From the NCBI GenBank assembly GCA_053919585.1, contig CM132795.1: a stretch of DNA of 64,000 bases. One strand, 5' to 3'. Below, in pieces: positions 24,050 through 37,543 of the stretch (position 1 is the stretch's first letter; each line of letters opens with the position of its first letter). A program made the translations under genes and the position numbers. This DNA comes from Euprymna scolopes (taxonomy: Eukaryota). The notes beneath the pieces are model-generated. The model was given only the letters and a program-made list of their open reading frames with translations, ran no database searches and was not told the DNA's origin.

Positions 24050-27000
24050 TCCCCACGTGCACGTCGTGAATTCTGCCATGCTAACGGGACTCTGGTGAAT
24101 GGTGAGTGTTCAGCGCCAGAAAACTGAATCTCCACTGCCTTGTGAGATAAGGTTTTTGAACCAAATGTTAAGGGTGAGGTAACCCTGACAGAAACCTTGC
24201 AGAGGAGCTTATTACCTGTTGACTGCGGCATTCTTGACCCACCAGCATGTGGACCATGCTCTGATGCCCGGCTATCTAAGGCCCAGTCATGGGTAAATGA
24301 CATTAGCGGGGTAGAAGGAGCTCCTGTAAGCCGTGATGGAGGCAATCCTTCCACTTACGAGAATCTGCGGTAAATGCAATTACAAATCATCTTGCAATGG
24401 CTTGTCATTGGGTTATTGTTGCTGAGATTTAGAGAGTGGCACTCATGTCGTACAAGCGCTTGTCACTTTAATACAACGATGTACAGATGTTACTTGAGAT
24501 CTATCCTTTATCTTTTATCTTTTTCTATCTTATCTTTATCTGTTGTTTATTTCTATTGCAATTATGTCGATGGAGGAGTGGCAGTGTGTGCAGACTTGAC
24601 CTGTCGGAGGTACACACTCACAAATATGCACAGAGGCGATAGAATCCCTATCTTAACATCGTTGTTGTGTCTTCACATGACAGAGGTCAACTCTGGTGGG
24701 GGTTCCTGTGACTGAGCAGCCTTATTCAGGGAGAGCACTGCTCACTCAGTGTCTTGGGAAAGTGCCAGAAAAGGTGCACTAAAAATTATCTGTCATACTA
24801 TTACTGGTTTGTTTCCTGCGGCTAACGGTGGTTCGTGAGGAAGAAAACAAAAATGCATCTCCAAAAAGGAGTAAAATTCAATTTATGCCGTTAAAATGTA
24901 CGCACTCTTCTTGATAAAGGGTCATCCAACCCTCCAGAGCGCAGGACAGCGCTTGTCACTACAGAGCTACGGAGACTTGATATAGATATTGCTGCTCTAT
25001 CAGAAACCCGTCTCTCAGGAAAAGATACTTGGATGCATCCACGTTCAAAGCATGGTCACCTAATTGACTTCATCATAACTCGTAAACACGACCTTTGAGA
25101 TGCTGTTGGTGTCATGCGCAGTGCTGAATGTGACACCGATCATAAGTTGTTGAGAGGAAATTTTAATCTACGAACCCTTAAGAAAGTTCGTCATAGTGGC
25201 GTTAAGGTGCCTAGCCGCATTGATGTCACCAAGTTAAAGTTGCCTGAAGTTCAAAAGAGTATGGCAGAAAAGCTTGATAATCTTGCATTTGATGGTACAT
25301 GGGTAAATTTCCGGACTCAGGTTTATTCTGCTGGTGCTCAAGTTCTTAGATTCAAGATGGATAAGAACAAGGCCTGGTTTCACGACAACAATCTTGAAAT
25401 TAATCAGTTGCTGATGAATAAAAAGACAATTTATGAATCTTTCCTTCGTGGAGATCATTCTGATCAGACAACTAATTTGCGACAATACAAAGAGGTCAAA
25501 GCCACATTGGAAGGTTAGCTAGGAAAGATGAAAAATCAATGGTGGATGAATATAACGAAGCAGATCAAAAATGCGTTTGACACAATGAATTTGAAGGAAT
25601 TTTATGGACTCCTGCGCCAAGTATTTGGTCCCTCTACCTCTTCAATATCACCCTTGATGTCGAAAGATGGTTCTGTTGTCATTAAGGATTCATAAAATAT
25701 CTTGAAAAGGTGGCAAGAGTACTTTACTGATGTGTTTCACAATCCCTCAGCAGTAGATGCTGATACAATTGATAGACTACCACAATGTGATATCATATTC
25801 AGAATGGATCGTTTGCCTAGTCTGGTTGAAGTGCGGTTGGCTATTGCACAAGTCAGCTGTGGCAAGGCACCTGGTTTGGATGGTGTTCCGGTGGAACTTC
25901 TTAAGATTGGAGGTGTGAATATTGCTAATGCTATCCTTGGTTTTGTTGAGGAAATCTGGGAATGTGCTCCTGTTCCACAAGATTGGATTGATGGTGTCTT
26001 GGTGACCCTGTTAAAAGGGATGGGACAGAAGAATGTTTGTGACCACTACCGTGGGATTATGCTTTTGGAAGCTGCTGGGAAAATTCTCGCCCCACTTTTA
26101 TTAAACAGGTTACTGGAGGATGTTTTTCTAATGCTATTCAAGAGTCACAAAGTGGCGTTATGTCTTGCAGAGAAACTATGGATATGATTATTTCCGCCCG
26201 GCAAGTCCAGGAGAAATGCATTGAACAACAGATACCGCTGTATCTAGTGTTTGTGGAGCTAACCAAAACATTTGACACCGTTTACAGGGATGATCTCTGG
26301 TTAATCTTAGAGAAAGTAGGGTGTCCTCTAACCTTTGTTAGAATATTCAAGGAACTGCATAGGGGCTTGAATCTCGTTTAATGGAAAATTGTCTGGTGAA
26401 ATCCCAGTTGACAATGATGTCAAACAAGATGATATTCCTGCCCCTACTCTTTTCTCTATATATTTTGCTGCTCTACTTACTCATGCGTTTCGAGATTGCG
26501 ATAAGGGTATCATGTTAAAGTTTCGAACCACAGGTCGCATTGTATATCTTAGAAAGTTTAATGCGAGATCCACTTCCATCATTTCTTGGTCAAGGAGTTA
26601 CTTTATGCAGACGATGCTGTTTTTTGTCGCACACTGAGACTGATATGCAGCATATAATGGATAGCTTTGCTGACTCCTGCACTGTCTTTGGTCTGACGAT
26701 CAGTCTGTCTAAAACAAAGGTGATATTCACTCCTGTACCGGGCCAGTCATACGTTGAGCCGAAAATCATAGTCTATAGTGCTAGACTGGGAGTAGTTGAT
26801 TCATTTGTGTACCTTGGTAGTTTTCTATCGAGGGATAGCTGTCTCGACACTGAAATCTGCAGACGAATTCAGAAGGCATCTGTAGATTTTGGAAGGTTGG
26901 AGAAGAGAGTGCGGTCTGATCCTGGCATCACAGACAGGACTAAGATCTGCGTTTACAAGATCTGTGTGTTAACCACACGGTTGTATTCATCGGAGACATG

Positions 27001-27817
27001 GACATTGCATCAAAGGCACATTAAATGGCTTGAACGATTTCACCAAAAATGCTTGAGACGTATCTTAAACATTAAGTGACACGCACATGTACCTGATACT
27101 GAAGTCATTATGAGAGTATGTTGCTTTAGTGTTGAGGCATTTGTAATCAGATCTCACATGCGTTGGGTGGGCCACCTGATTCGAATAAAAGATTGTAGGC
27201 TGCCGAAACAATTTTTTTACGGGTAGCTGGAAAATGGCAAGCTCCCTCAACACAAGCCTAGGAAGAGGTTCAGAAAGAATAATTAATAATAATAATAACA
27301 TGGGAAGAACTTACTCTGCAAAGGCCGAAGTGGCGAAAGCTTGTACATGAAAGTTGTGATGCTCTAGAGAAAAGAAAGAAGGCCCACAGATATCTGAAGC
27401 GAGAGCTTCGCAAAGGTTTTATTGATGGTCTCAACCATGACACACAGAGCTAGAAATGCGACACTTGTGAACGAGTGCTTTTGTCAAAAGCTGGCTACGT
27501 CAACCACCTTAAGTCGCACAAAACTCCTGTTCAGGTCAACTTTCACCTATTAGTCCGAACCAAACGATCTGTTTAGCATGCAGCAAAGTTTGCAAGTCTA
27601 CTGTTGGTTTGAGAAGACATGTGATTGTTCAAGGAATACACTTCAACCTCCAGAGGAAGTCAACTCAGTGGAAATTGCTCAATTTGTATGTCACATCTGC
27701 TTCAAGATGTGCAAATCTGCGACGGGAGTGCAGAGTCATCTGAGATGGGATGGACGACAAGATTGGAAGAACTCAATGTGACGGCGATCATCTGGAAAGA
27801 TGCAGCAATCATCATAT
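24050..27817 (+). mobile_element. RTE-clade LINE, decayed
   Basis: APE remnants (NVRTLLD, DIAALSETR, AECDTDHKL), KAPGLDGVPVELLK, DMIISARQVQEK, APTLFSIYF, TISLSKTKV, FVYLGS, LERFHQKCLRRIL, C-terminal C2H2-like Cys/His motifs and (ATC)n tail; many stops and frameshifts. Confidence 0.9.
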
Positions 27818-27823
27818 ATATAC

Positions 27824-28261
27824 ATGATGATTGCAAAGTCTTGTCAGATGAGTGCCACTCCCTCAGTCCATGAGCCCAAAAATGACTTTTTTTTTCAGTC
27901 TTACCGGTGAATTCACACGCTTAAGCAGGCATGCCACTGAAGACGGTCATTGAGATTAATTATTACATGCGTCCAGCATATAAAGTCTCCACGCGTCACA
28001 ACTTTTCCTTCGCCACATGACCATTTTTATAGACAAATGCCTGAGGGAGTATCTATACACAGATGATCTTACAGAGTCTTAGCTTTGTACGACAGCTAAG
28101 TCTCTCTCTCGGTTCAAAATGTTGAGATCTATCAACAAGCAAGAGCAAGATAGCCAACAACAAATTAAACTGCAGACCAGCTTAATGCGGGTACTGGCCT
28201 CTTGCTTTATGGTTTTTTAAATCAGAGATTTGCTTCTCCTAGAAAGGTTGCTTTCATCACC

Positions 28262-28262
<1 letters not shown>
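27824..28262 (-). mobile_element. Non-autonomous RTE-derived SINE-like element, copy 2 (with ~150-bp extra segment)
   Basis: Near-identical to 23608-23900; tail-to-tail with the RTE at 27805-27835. Confidence 0.7.
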
Positions 28263-28324
<62 letters not shown>

Positions 28325-28794
28325 TATAGTTAGATTCCAAGATCTAAATATTATTTTTCATGGAAAACGGCTCATCCAGCATGTTAAAATTTCGGTACAT
28401 TTTTTACAGATCCGTTTTGTTATGCAGAAACAAACAGTTATCATTATATCAATAGTCTTTTTTCATGCATATACTCTTCAGAAAAAATAGAAATTATTTG
28501 CTTTGGTAAAAAAATGCATGATAATATAATGCTGCAAGAAGAAAAAATCTCAAGGAAAACTCAACATCGTGTGTGTGTTTCGGCAGTCGTCTTTGTTTAT
28601 GTTGTAAAACTAGCTTTTTTGCGCATCTTTAGAGCTGTTTTGCATGAAAACAAATATTTGAGTCGGAATATAACTGTACTGTTATTCTTTTATATAGATT
28701 CTGTTGTTATATTTAACATATATTGAGTTTCTAAACAAAAAGAATTGGTATACACAAAGAGTTAAATATGATTGAAAAACATATTTTACCAAAG

Positions 28795-28842
<48 letters not shown>

Positions 28843-28927
28843 GGAGGTTGCTATTTTTCAAAAGTAGGGTAACCAATGAAATATAACGAGGTTAATACAA
28901 GAGTGCTTAATACGGAAGTAGTGCAAG

Positions 28928-29695
28928 TTATATTTTCAATTTGTTTTTACATAAGCAGTAAATTACGCGATGACAGTAGGGGCCTAGCTGCCGGCCATGG
29001 CATAGGCGGCCGCAACTGTCCGTGCTATCAATAAGTATCCTTTTAGCCGTTTTAACGACCAATTCTGCTCTCCCGTTGCTTTGAGGGTAATATGCCGATG
29101 ATGTTCGTATCCTTATGCCCGAATTATCTAGGAACCGATTATATTTACTGGAGTCAAACGGTGGTCCACTATCGGTTGACAGTTCCTCCAGGACGCTGTA
29201 CGTGCAGAACCAGTTTCGTTGGACGTCACATGTGGCCTTGGCATTCTCAGACGACATCAGAGTGACTTCTACCCATCCGATTTATCTATCTGTATATACT
29301 AGGTTGTTTTTCTCTCGTAAGTCGAAAAAGTCCGTCACCGTCTTCTGAAATGGGAACTCTAGGTTCGAGGGCGACATTAGGGGTTCCCTAGGTTGTGATG
29401 GAGCCATTACGTTGCATACTTTGCACTGGGCCCGAGCCTGGCGAGTGCTCCCGTCCAGTACTGACCAGAACAACCGTTGTCTAGCGTTTGACAACATTCC
29501 ATTGACGCTCTGATGCGCCAAATGGAGCGATTCCAGTACATCCGCACATAGTTTTCTGGGTATAAGGATTTTATTTTCCATTATCGTCACCCCTTCCAAT
29601 TGTCTCCGGCAGTTCGTGTCGAGCTTTAGGGAAACCATTTTGTATGAAATTGGCGAGGGTATGGCATTCCTCGTCAGTAGCAGCTGCAGCCACAA
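28928..29695 (-). pseudogene. Gypsy integrase remnant
   Basis: HHCC zinc finger and D..D..E-region motifs split over two ORFs. Confidence 0.85.
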
Positions 29696-30121
29696 TCCTG
29701 TCCCATGTTATTGCCCTTAATTTGGGATCCTGCTCATAGGTGGAGTTAAATGACGCTCTTATGGCACTATCCTTGGTTTGTGCGATATCCTTTTCGTTTG
29801 CTACCTCCTGGCTTAATGTTACTGGGCATCTTGATGTACAGTCTGGTGCCGCATTGAGTTTGCCAGGGAGATGCTTTATTCAAAATCTGTACATCAAGGA
29901 CCGTTCTTTGAAATTGAACAGTCTTGGGTCCTTTATGTCCTCCAGAGCTTTTTCCGAGAAGATCTTCACCAAGGGCTTATGGTCTACGGTGACTAACAGC
30001 TCTGCGCATCCCAAAACGAATATGCGGCATGCTTCCAGTCTGTAGACTAATGCTAATGCATCTCCTTCAACTGGTGCGTATCGGGACACTGCGTCATCAG
30101 TAAATCAGAAGCCGGCTAGGA

Positions 30122-31205
30122 TTAATCTCCAGTGGTCCTCACCACACTTCGATCTGGCTTCGGTGGCACAGTTGCAATGCTTCTGGAAAAGAAAATATCC
30201 CAAGCCACTCCCTCAGACAAAGAGAAGTCCCTCAACAAACAAGTTGGTCTGTTCATTTCGAAGGATCTTACACCGTTCTCGATCTTTTGTGTGATCCTTC
30301 TTTTCGAGTCTTCGAAAATTCGATCGAGTGTGCTGTCCCAGTAGAACTTTCGACTTTTTGTCTTCAGCAGCTCTCGAAACGGGGCCATTACTTCGGCCTG
30401 AGAAAAAGTGTAGGCTACCTGATTTACCATTCCAAACCAGGATCTTATGTCAGTTACATTTTTTGGTGTCGGAAAATTCCGTATTGCTTCAGTCATTTTT
30501 GGGTGGGTTTTATTTCGTCTTCCGTTATCAAGAACCCGGCAAATTCTACCTCTTTTTTATGAAGTGAAATTTCTGAGGGTTGAATATGATACCATTTTTG
30601 CTGCAGTTATTTATGTACTCCATAGTATGCCAAAATGATGTTTCAATAGAGTCGTTCCATAGTATCGTATCGTCTATACATCTTGTTTTCCTGGGCATAT
30701 CTACTGTGATATTGTCGAATCTGCGTGTATATGTGTCTCTTGACGCTTGGAATCCTTGTAGTGCCCGAAGATAACGGTATCTACCCCATTCCGTGATGAA
30801 AGTAGTTGCATCTCTTGCCGATGGGGAGAGTGTTAGGCTATGATAGCCATTCCATGCATCCAAGACAGGTTTTCTAGTTTTCGCAGGCACCAGCGATGCC
30901 TGGTTGAAAGGAGACGGTGTATAATGGGTTTCTCATAGGATAGCGGCGTTGAGCTTTTGTAGGTCTACCGTACATCTCGGTGACCCGTCCTTTTTCGGTG
31001 CAACCACCATTCTGGAGCACCATGTTGTAGGTGTACCCACTGGTACAGGTTCTATGATGCCCAATGCTACGTCTCGATCGAGGTCCTCCTTAAGTCTTTT
31101 CTTCCAATGGTGCGGGACAGGGATTGGGGTGTGGACAGCTTCGGGGTTTTCCTTTTTTCGCCTGCGGCCGTTTATGTGGGCATACATTGAATGCACTGGA
31201 CTCAA
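30122..31205 (-). pseudogene. Gypsy reverse transcriptase remnant
   Basis: ORFs 30933-31205, 30546-30890 and 30122-30496 are consecutive, frameshifted RT/connection segments. Confidence 0.85.
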
Positions 31206-32544
31206 AATGCTCCTTTATCCATCGTTCCAATCGAGGTCTGTTTTCTTTTGTAGGGGCAAAATGGGTAGGTGGGAGAGTAATTCTTTGTGGGCACCTACAT
31301 GGTGCGTTTCCGCCGTCGCTAGTTGCCACGTTCTGCTGGAAAGTCGGGTCTCAAAGTTCTCTGGTAACAAGGTTTTTTAGGGCGGACTCGGACAGGCAGA
31401 AATCTGATGTATTTTTTATACATACATAATCTGACGTGGTTCCCGCGATCCTACTCTGATTTTAGCAAATATCACGCCTTTTATGTTTAATAGGTTTTCT
31501 ATGATTACCTAAATATGGTGACCGGTCGGTACTAGATATTTGTCTGGAAACTTCAGAATTGTTCTGGATTCTGCTCCGACCACTCCCGCTGTAGATCTGT
31601 TGCTGGACCCCTGCTTCGGTTTTCGGCAGACTTTTTAAATGTCCAGTCAATCCGCAATTGTGACAAGTCGGCTTTGCTGTTGGGCAGCCCCTCGTCCTTT
31701 GAGCCGTCGGGGTTTAAGCTCGTTCCACACCATTTACAGGGTTCAGTGTTTCTCGGAGTTGTATACAGCCTGGTTCTCCCGAGGCCGCTGTCTGCGGTCC
31801 GACCTCTGTATGCTCGTTGTAGTAAGGTATACACTACTGTGGAGATGGGGGATAGATTTGTCCGCGGTCTCTAGGCTGACAAGCCTGTTGAATTTTTCTT
31901 CCAGTGTCATAAGCGTCGCAGCCTCCGACAGCACCTTGCTTTGATGCTCCAAGTTTGCCAGCGCTGCCACCATTTGTCCTGTTACTATATCATTGGAGTA
32001 GCTGACTTCCCGACCGCATCCTATCTCGTTCGGACAAGTCTCTGAAAAGTCGCAGAATTTTGCGACTGATCGAAGTCGTGCCACGAAGTCCATAACAACC
32101 CCCCTCTTCTGCCTTACGGAGTGGAATTCTTGCCGGTACACTTCTTTGTGTAGGCTTCTGACGGTTACGTGCTTTATGTGTCGTGACAACTGTTCTTCTG
32201 TGACGGAGTTCAGTATTTTAGCTCCTACCATGTCAAACAACAGCCTGTTTACTTCTGGGGAATGGGCCGTTATCAGCTCGTTTCTTAATGCTGTTGGCTC
32301 TGTCAACTCACACATCTCCTTGTATCTATTCAAAGAGTCAATGAATATGGGCAAGTCACCATCACTTGAGTTCTGTTCTATGGCTGGTCTGTCAGGTCTC
32401 CTTCAAAGTGGCTTGCTGGACTGTCCTCCGTCTCTCTGCAGGGCGGTGTTCTCTTGCTGTCGCTCGAGGATATGCTGAAGTTATGTCTTTGTTCGTCCAT
32501 ATTCCAACGTTTTTAGCAGCAGGTTTTCTATATTGGCGACGCCA

Positions 32545-32722
32545 TGTAAAGTCTCGGCAAGACGACGTATATTTGAAAGCAAACCCGTTGCCGTGAATGT
32601 CTTGTTTATATAGCCCACTGTCGCCTCTCATGCAAGCGGGTGAGTCTACTTTTATGGAGGTGTGACGCCAAGACCACCTCGGTCTTGTAATTGGGCGTCT
32701 TGGGTTCGATTCCACCTCTACA
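32545..32722 (-). repeat. 5' LTR of the Gypsy element, with PBS at 32535-32544
   Basis: Minus strand reads TGTAGAG...CTTTACA followed directly by TGGCGTCGCC; gag starts ~40 nt downstream. Confidence 0.65.
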
Positions 32723-33199
32723 ATTATATTTTTCTGCTGGGACGAACAAAGTATTTTTTAAATAAAATTTAGCAAAGTAGGTTTCATGGCTAATAAAATG
32801 GTACGATTATATATTAAATTTGGCTAGTGGAAAGAAAGTTAAATTTTTCAGCTTAAATACTACGTAGGTATGACTTTGAAAGTCCAACAAGATATATTCA
32901 TGTGTTAAATTACCGGCAATAATGAATACAGTGCGGCTCGTTTACATGCTCGTAACTTATGAACAAGACAAGGAAGATAATAACATCTAAAATCTGAAAC
33001 AATAACTATTAAAACGTGTATACGTTCAGTATCTCTTGTTATAACATTATTATTTTAAAAGGCATGCAGTAAATGTACGCATCGCCGCACATTGCATGCG
33101 TCGAGCGTTATTGATTACCTTAAATTGTTATGCGACTGATGTGCCGAGTGATGGCTAACTTGAGTCCTGCAATTATTTTCGTGGTGTTCTGGCACTATA

Positions 33200-33460
33200 C
33201 CTTACAGAAACACTAAATCATAGAATTGCGGTGGGTTTAAATCCGCTGAACGTGGTAACCATTCTGGAATGCGATGTTTGCTAATCAGTTGGTGTGTAAC
33301 GTTATGATCCAGTCACTCCGTAGTGATGTTAGGTATATGTGCGGTTTCTTCATGTTGTTGAAACTATTATTCCTCGTGGCGCATGGCACAACAGGTACGA
33401 AGTATCCTCCGAAAGTTATTAAATATCACAAGGTAACCCTTTTAGTTGAACATCACCGTC
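33200..33460 (-). pseudogene. Tc1/mariner-family transposase remnant
   Basis: Minus translation FQQHEETAH...HQLISKHRIPEWLPRSADLNP resembles FQQDGATAH...WPPRSPDLNP. Confidence 0.55.
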
Positions 33461-34049
33461 TACTCAGCAGCGTTTTCCGAATATGCTGTTTTGAGATGGT
33501 TACCCACGTGGTATACCTCTCAGAGTTGAATACATCATCTGACGTTTGCGAAGTATGCTCAGTAACGTTGAACTTCACCAATTTGGAGCTTAAGAATTCC
33601 TTTGATATTAATGTGATTTCCTTGTGTAATTTTGAAACGTATTTTCTGTTTTCAATCACCTCTCAAAAATACAAACTAATCTATATAATATTCTGATTGT
33701 TTCTTCCTTAGTTAGTCTGTATGTTACGCTTTGAAAAAGACCAAATATAATTTTTAAAGACCAAACTGCTTTAAAAAGAGACCTACGAATTCGCGAAATT
33801 TGATTTTTAAAAATGCCAATCTAGCAACTCTGGAGAAGAATATGAGAGTGGCCTCCCTTTAATGTAGCAGAATCATTTCGAATATCATTAGAATAATATA
33901 TGATCATTAGTGGAATGGCGTGAGAAAGCAATTTGTAGTAATGTCGATGTTGGGTATTTCACAAAAGAAAGAAGTAAGCTAAACATTACATAAAAAGAAA
34001 ACTTTCGAAAGAAACTGGGGAAACTAGGACATTGTTTGCCAAGAGGTGC

Positions 34050-35146
34050 TGTTACGTATCGGTTTTATTTTAGAAGATACCAAATATGAGAGTATGTTTC
34101 GTTGCTCTTATTTAGATGACGACTTATATATTATATTTGTTGTTGTTATTGTTGTTATGTTCGTCTTAGGAGGAGTCTTAGTGTGTTCATGTATGTGATC
34201 ATGTTGTGAGCTTTGTGAGATGTTATATATATTCATTGTGAGTGTTCATATTGTCTTAGGATGTTCATGTTTGTAAGAGATAGCATATTGGAGACATAAA
34301 CAGGGTATATATAAAGAGAGAGACAGTTCTTATATATATAATAGACAGTGTACATGTTACTACAAAAGCACCAAGCCTGTAATTCAACTAGATGAGATTT
34401 TTGAATATCTTGATAGATAGACCGAGAGTGCGTTTGACATTTACGTTTTGACAGTTGTATATATAATATAAACACGTTACCTTTCTCGTTGTAACGATGA
34501 ACACAGAAGACGGCAGTTATGAAAAACGTGATGATCATTTATTCGTCGACAGGAATTCAAAGTCATTACATAGTTATTTCTAAAATCCTCTCACTTCCAG
34601 AGGGTGCCTTGACTCTAACGGAGAATCGGTCTGAACCTCTCTGCTTCTCTCCATTGACTGATTCTGATCCTGACTTCTCTAATTAACTTCATAACTCATG
34701 ACGTCACCGCATGACGAAGCACGTGTCTCTCAGAACACATGGCATGACATGCCTCCGTGTTTAAGCATGCATTGTTATTCACATGTTTCTTACAAAGCCG
34801 ACCCTCTAACCTAATTTTCGTAACCCACTTTACAAATAACATTTCCTTTGTCCGTTTTTAAATTCCTTATTTTAATTTTCATTTTTATAACAAGAACAAA
34901 TTTTAAAATTACATTCCTTTTTCAATAAACAGATATCTAACTATTTTGTGTGAACTAAACAATGGCAATTCTACATTCCTTATTTTCAATAACATTCTGT
35001 ATTTATTTTAACATGATTGGAATTCCCAATTCCAAGTCTAGCTTCGCAAGTTCGAATCCTTGACTATCCTATTACATATTTACATTTAACTAATTCCCTA
35101 TTTTTTTTTACTTGCATGAAAAGGGGAGAGTCCTTATCATGTAACA
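34050..35146. mobile_element. Solo LTR (TGTTAC...GTAACA) with 4-bp TSD GTGC
   Basis: TG..CA inverted termini; GTGC at 34046-34049 and 35147-35150; second copy at 13719-14746. Confidence 0.85.
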
Positions 35147-35879
35147 GTGCTGGATTGAAGGAGTAAATTAAAGATTGCATGTTACAATGTAATTTTATTT
35201 TTTGTATTGAACTATGTAGCACAATATTATTTTCTGGGTGTTTAATAATATTATTAATTTATCTCATTTGGGTCAGTTTTATATTTAAAAATCAATGGAT
35301 TCTATTTTGATAGAAATGTTTTTTTAAAAAAATAATATTTGCTGCATTTTTGTCCAAAAACTCATTTTTGCGCTTTCCAGAAAACTATCAGCTTTATCAA
35401 AATATAGTGCGTTGATTAAACATATTTTTGATTCCGTAGAAGTTTCACGACACCTGCTAATATCGCTGAACGGATAATCAAGTTTATACTGAGGCATAAG
35501 TATCGGTCCAAGTATTTTGATACCATTGCGCTGACATGTATATTTTTACAGACTTACATGTTTTTGTACTTTAAAAAATATATCAAACTAAACTTTTAAC
35601 CTGGTAAAATTGGATAAAATTTATAGCCTGGACTTAAAATGAGCGTGCTATGGCAAATTGATCGCTAAATGTACTTCAATTTCTGCTCATTTTTGCATTA
35701 AATACTAATCCCTATTAATCTCTAGCTGTGAATTAAACGCTTATCATAATATTTAGTTTGCTGCACGTTATCACAATAAAGATCTATACAAAATTCCAGT
35801 CAGATCGGCCCAGGAGTTTTCGATAAAAAAAGTGGAACAGACAGATAGACAAAGAGAAATATAATATAGTTTATTCCGA

Positions 35880-36106
35880 AGGCCTGTATGCTTGTATTTC
35901 GTATGAATCAAATGATTGTTTTATTAGCATTGATTTCCCTGACATCTTTCTAGTCAGAATTATTTCAAGAAAGGCAGCGCGTACGTCTGCGTGGGACGAC
36001 GTGATTGTTCCCAGCATCTCTAAGTGAAACTATTTCTGTGGAACGAACTGGATTCGAACTTGACACACCCAGGTTGTCAGTCCGTGTCGTTAACCACAAC
36101 CATTGT
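35880..36106 (-). mobile_element. tRNA-derived SINE
   Basis: Minus strand GTGGTTAACGACACGGACTGACAACCTGG..AAGTTCGAATCCAG (B box); related to the copy at ~54310. Confidence 0.55.
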
Positions 36107-36108
36107 AA

Positions 36109-37543
36109 CATCTCCCTCTCAGTACAGACCAATAAGTCTCCTGTGTGTTATGAGTAAGTTGCTGGAATCCATATTAAATAGAGAAATAGTCAACCACCTC
36201 AGCAGGAATAACCTTCTTAGTGACACACAATATGGTTTCCGCTCTGCAAGATCTACCACAGATGTGCTGACGGTTATATCCCACAGGATTAGTGAATCTC
36301 TTGACAAAGGCTTCCTTTCTAGGGCAATTGCTCTTGACATATCAAAGGCCTTCGACAAGGTATGGCATAAGGGTCTACTTCACAAGATTTCCAGCTACGG
36401 TATAACTGGAAATGTTTTCTCAATCATTAAATCATTTCTCTCCGATAGGTTCATAAGAGTAGTGGTAGAGGGACAAAAATCGGAGGCTTGCAATATAAAT
36501 GCTGGAGTCCCTCAGGGGTCAATCCTGGGCCCAACTCTCTTCCTGATCTACATCAATGACCTCCCTAAACACATACTTAAATCATTCGTTGACATCTATG
36601 CTGATGACACGACCATCTACGGCAACACATCAAAGGCTGTAAAATGACAGTTCTCTCTGATTCTCTCTCCTCTGATCTCGAGCGCGTGGTTCAGTGGGGG
36701 AAGATGTGGCTGGTTACCTTTAATGCATCCAAAACCAAACTCCTATTCTTACATCATCAACGCTCTGATCCCCATCTGACATCAATTGTGATGGATGGCT
36801 CTCGTCTGGGTGAGGCCCCGTGTTTTGACAAGCTTCTGGGTTTGACCTTTACTCCTGATCTGAAATGGAACACGTACATCAAGTCTGTTGCCAAGGTCGC
36901 TGGAAAGATGGTATGATCCTTCTACCGCTCCAGAAGATATCTCACTACTGATCCAATTCTCTATCTATATAAAAGCCAAGTACGTCCAAGGATGGAATAC
37001 TGTTGCCATATCTGGGCAGGAGCTGCTAAAAACAGCCTATCCTGCCTTGACAGAGTACAAAATAGACTTCGTGGCTTAGTGGGGGATGCCCTTTTCTCTA
37101 CTCTGCAACCTCTCTCCCACAGAAGAGACGTTGCGAGCCTATCCTTGTTTTATCGTTATTTCCATGGCAGGTGCTCGTCTGAACTCCAATCTCTGGTCCC
37201 CCCTCGCCAATCTTTCACGAAAAAAACCCGTCTAGCTGAATACACTGTGAAAAATTTCCCCCACTCTATATCTGTGCCTAGATCAAAACGCGGATTCCAT
37301 GAACAAAGCTTCTTTCTTAGAACTGTACGCCTGTGGAACTCTGTTCCGTCTGCCTGCTTCCCACCGGACTACAGCTTGGATGTGTTCAAGTCCAACGTTA
37401 ACAAATTCCTAATGAACCGCCCCCTTAAGTAAACATTTCATCAAATCTCCACACTAACGTAATGTACTTGCAATAACCCTTATCCCTGAGTGGCTTCCGG
37501 GCCTTGATAAGTGGTGATCACTGTGTAAAAAAAAAAAAAAAAA
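36109..37543 (+). mobile_element. 5'-truncated CR1-group LINE
   Basis: YRPISLL, DISKAFDKVWH, GVPQGS, YADDT motifs; 3' UTR and poly(A); frameshift/stop at ~36645 and 36914. Confidence 0.92.

Larger units (their letters stand above)
28928..32722 (-). mobile_element. Ty3/Gypsy LTR retrotransposon, decayed, 3' LTR missing
   Basis: Minus-strand order gag (~32500-31743), RT (CSRMVVAPKKDGSPR, LDAWNGYH, CIDDTI), RNase H (VDHKPLV), integrase (HLAHQ..CKVC, STDSGPPF, YPQSNGRAE). Confidence 0.9.

Noticed and set aside
28230-28876. ORFs with (YI)n runs, also at 2917, 10629 and 63793
   Set aside because: Translations of (TA)n microsatellites
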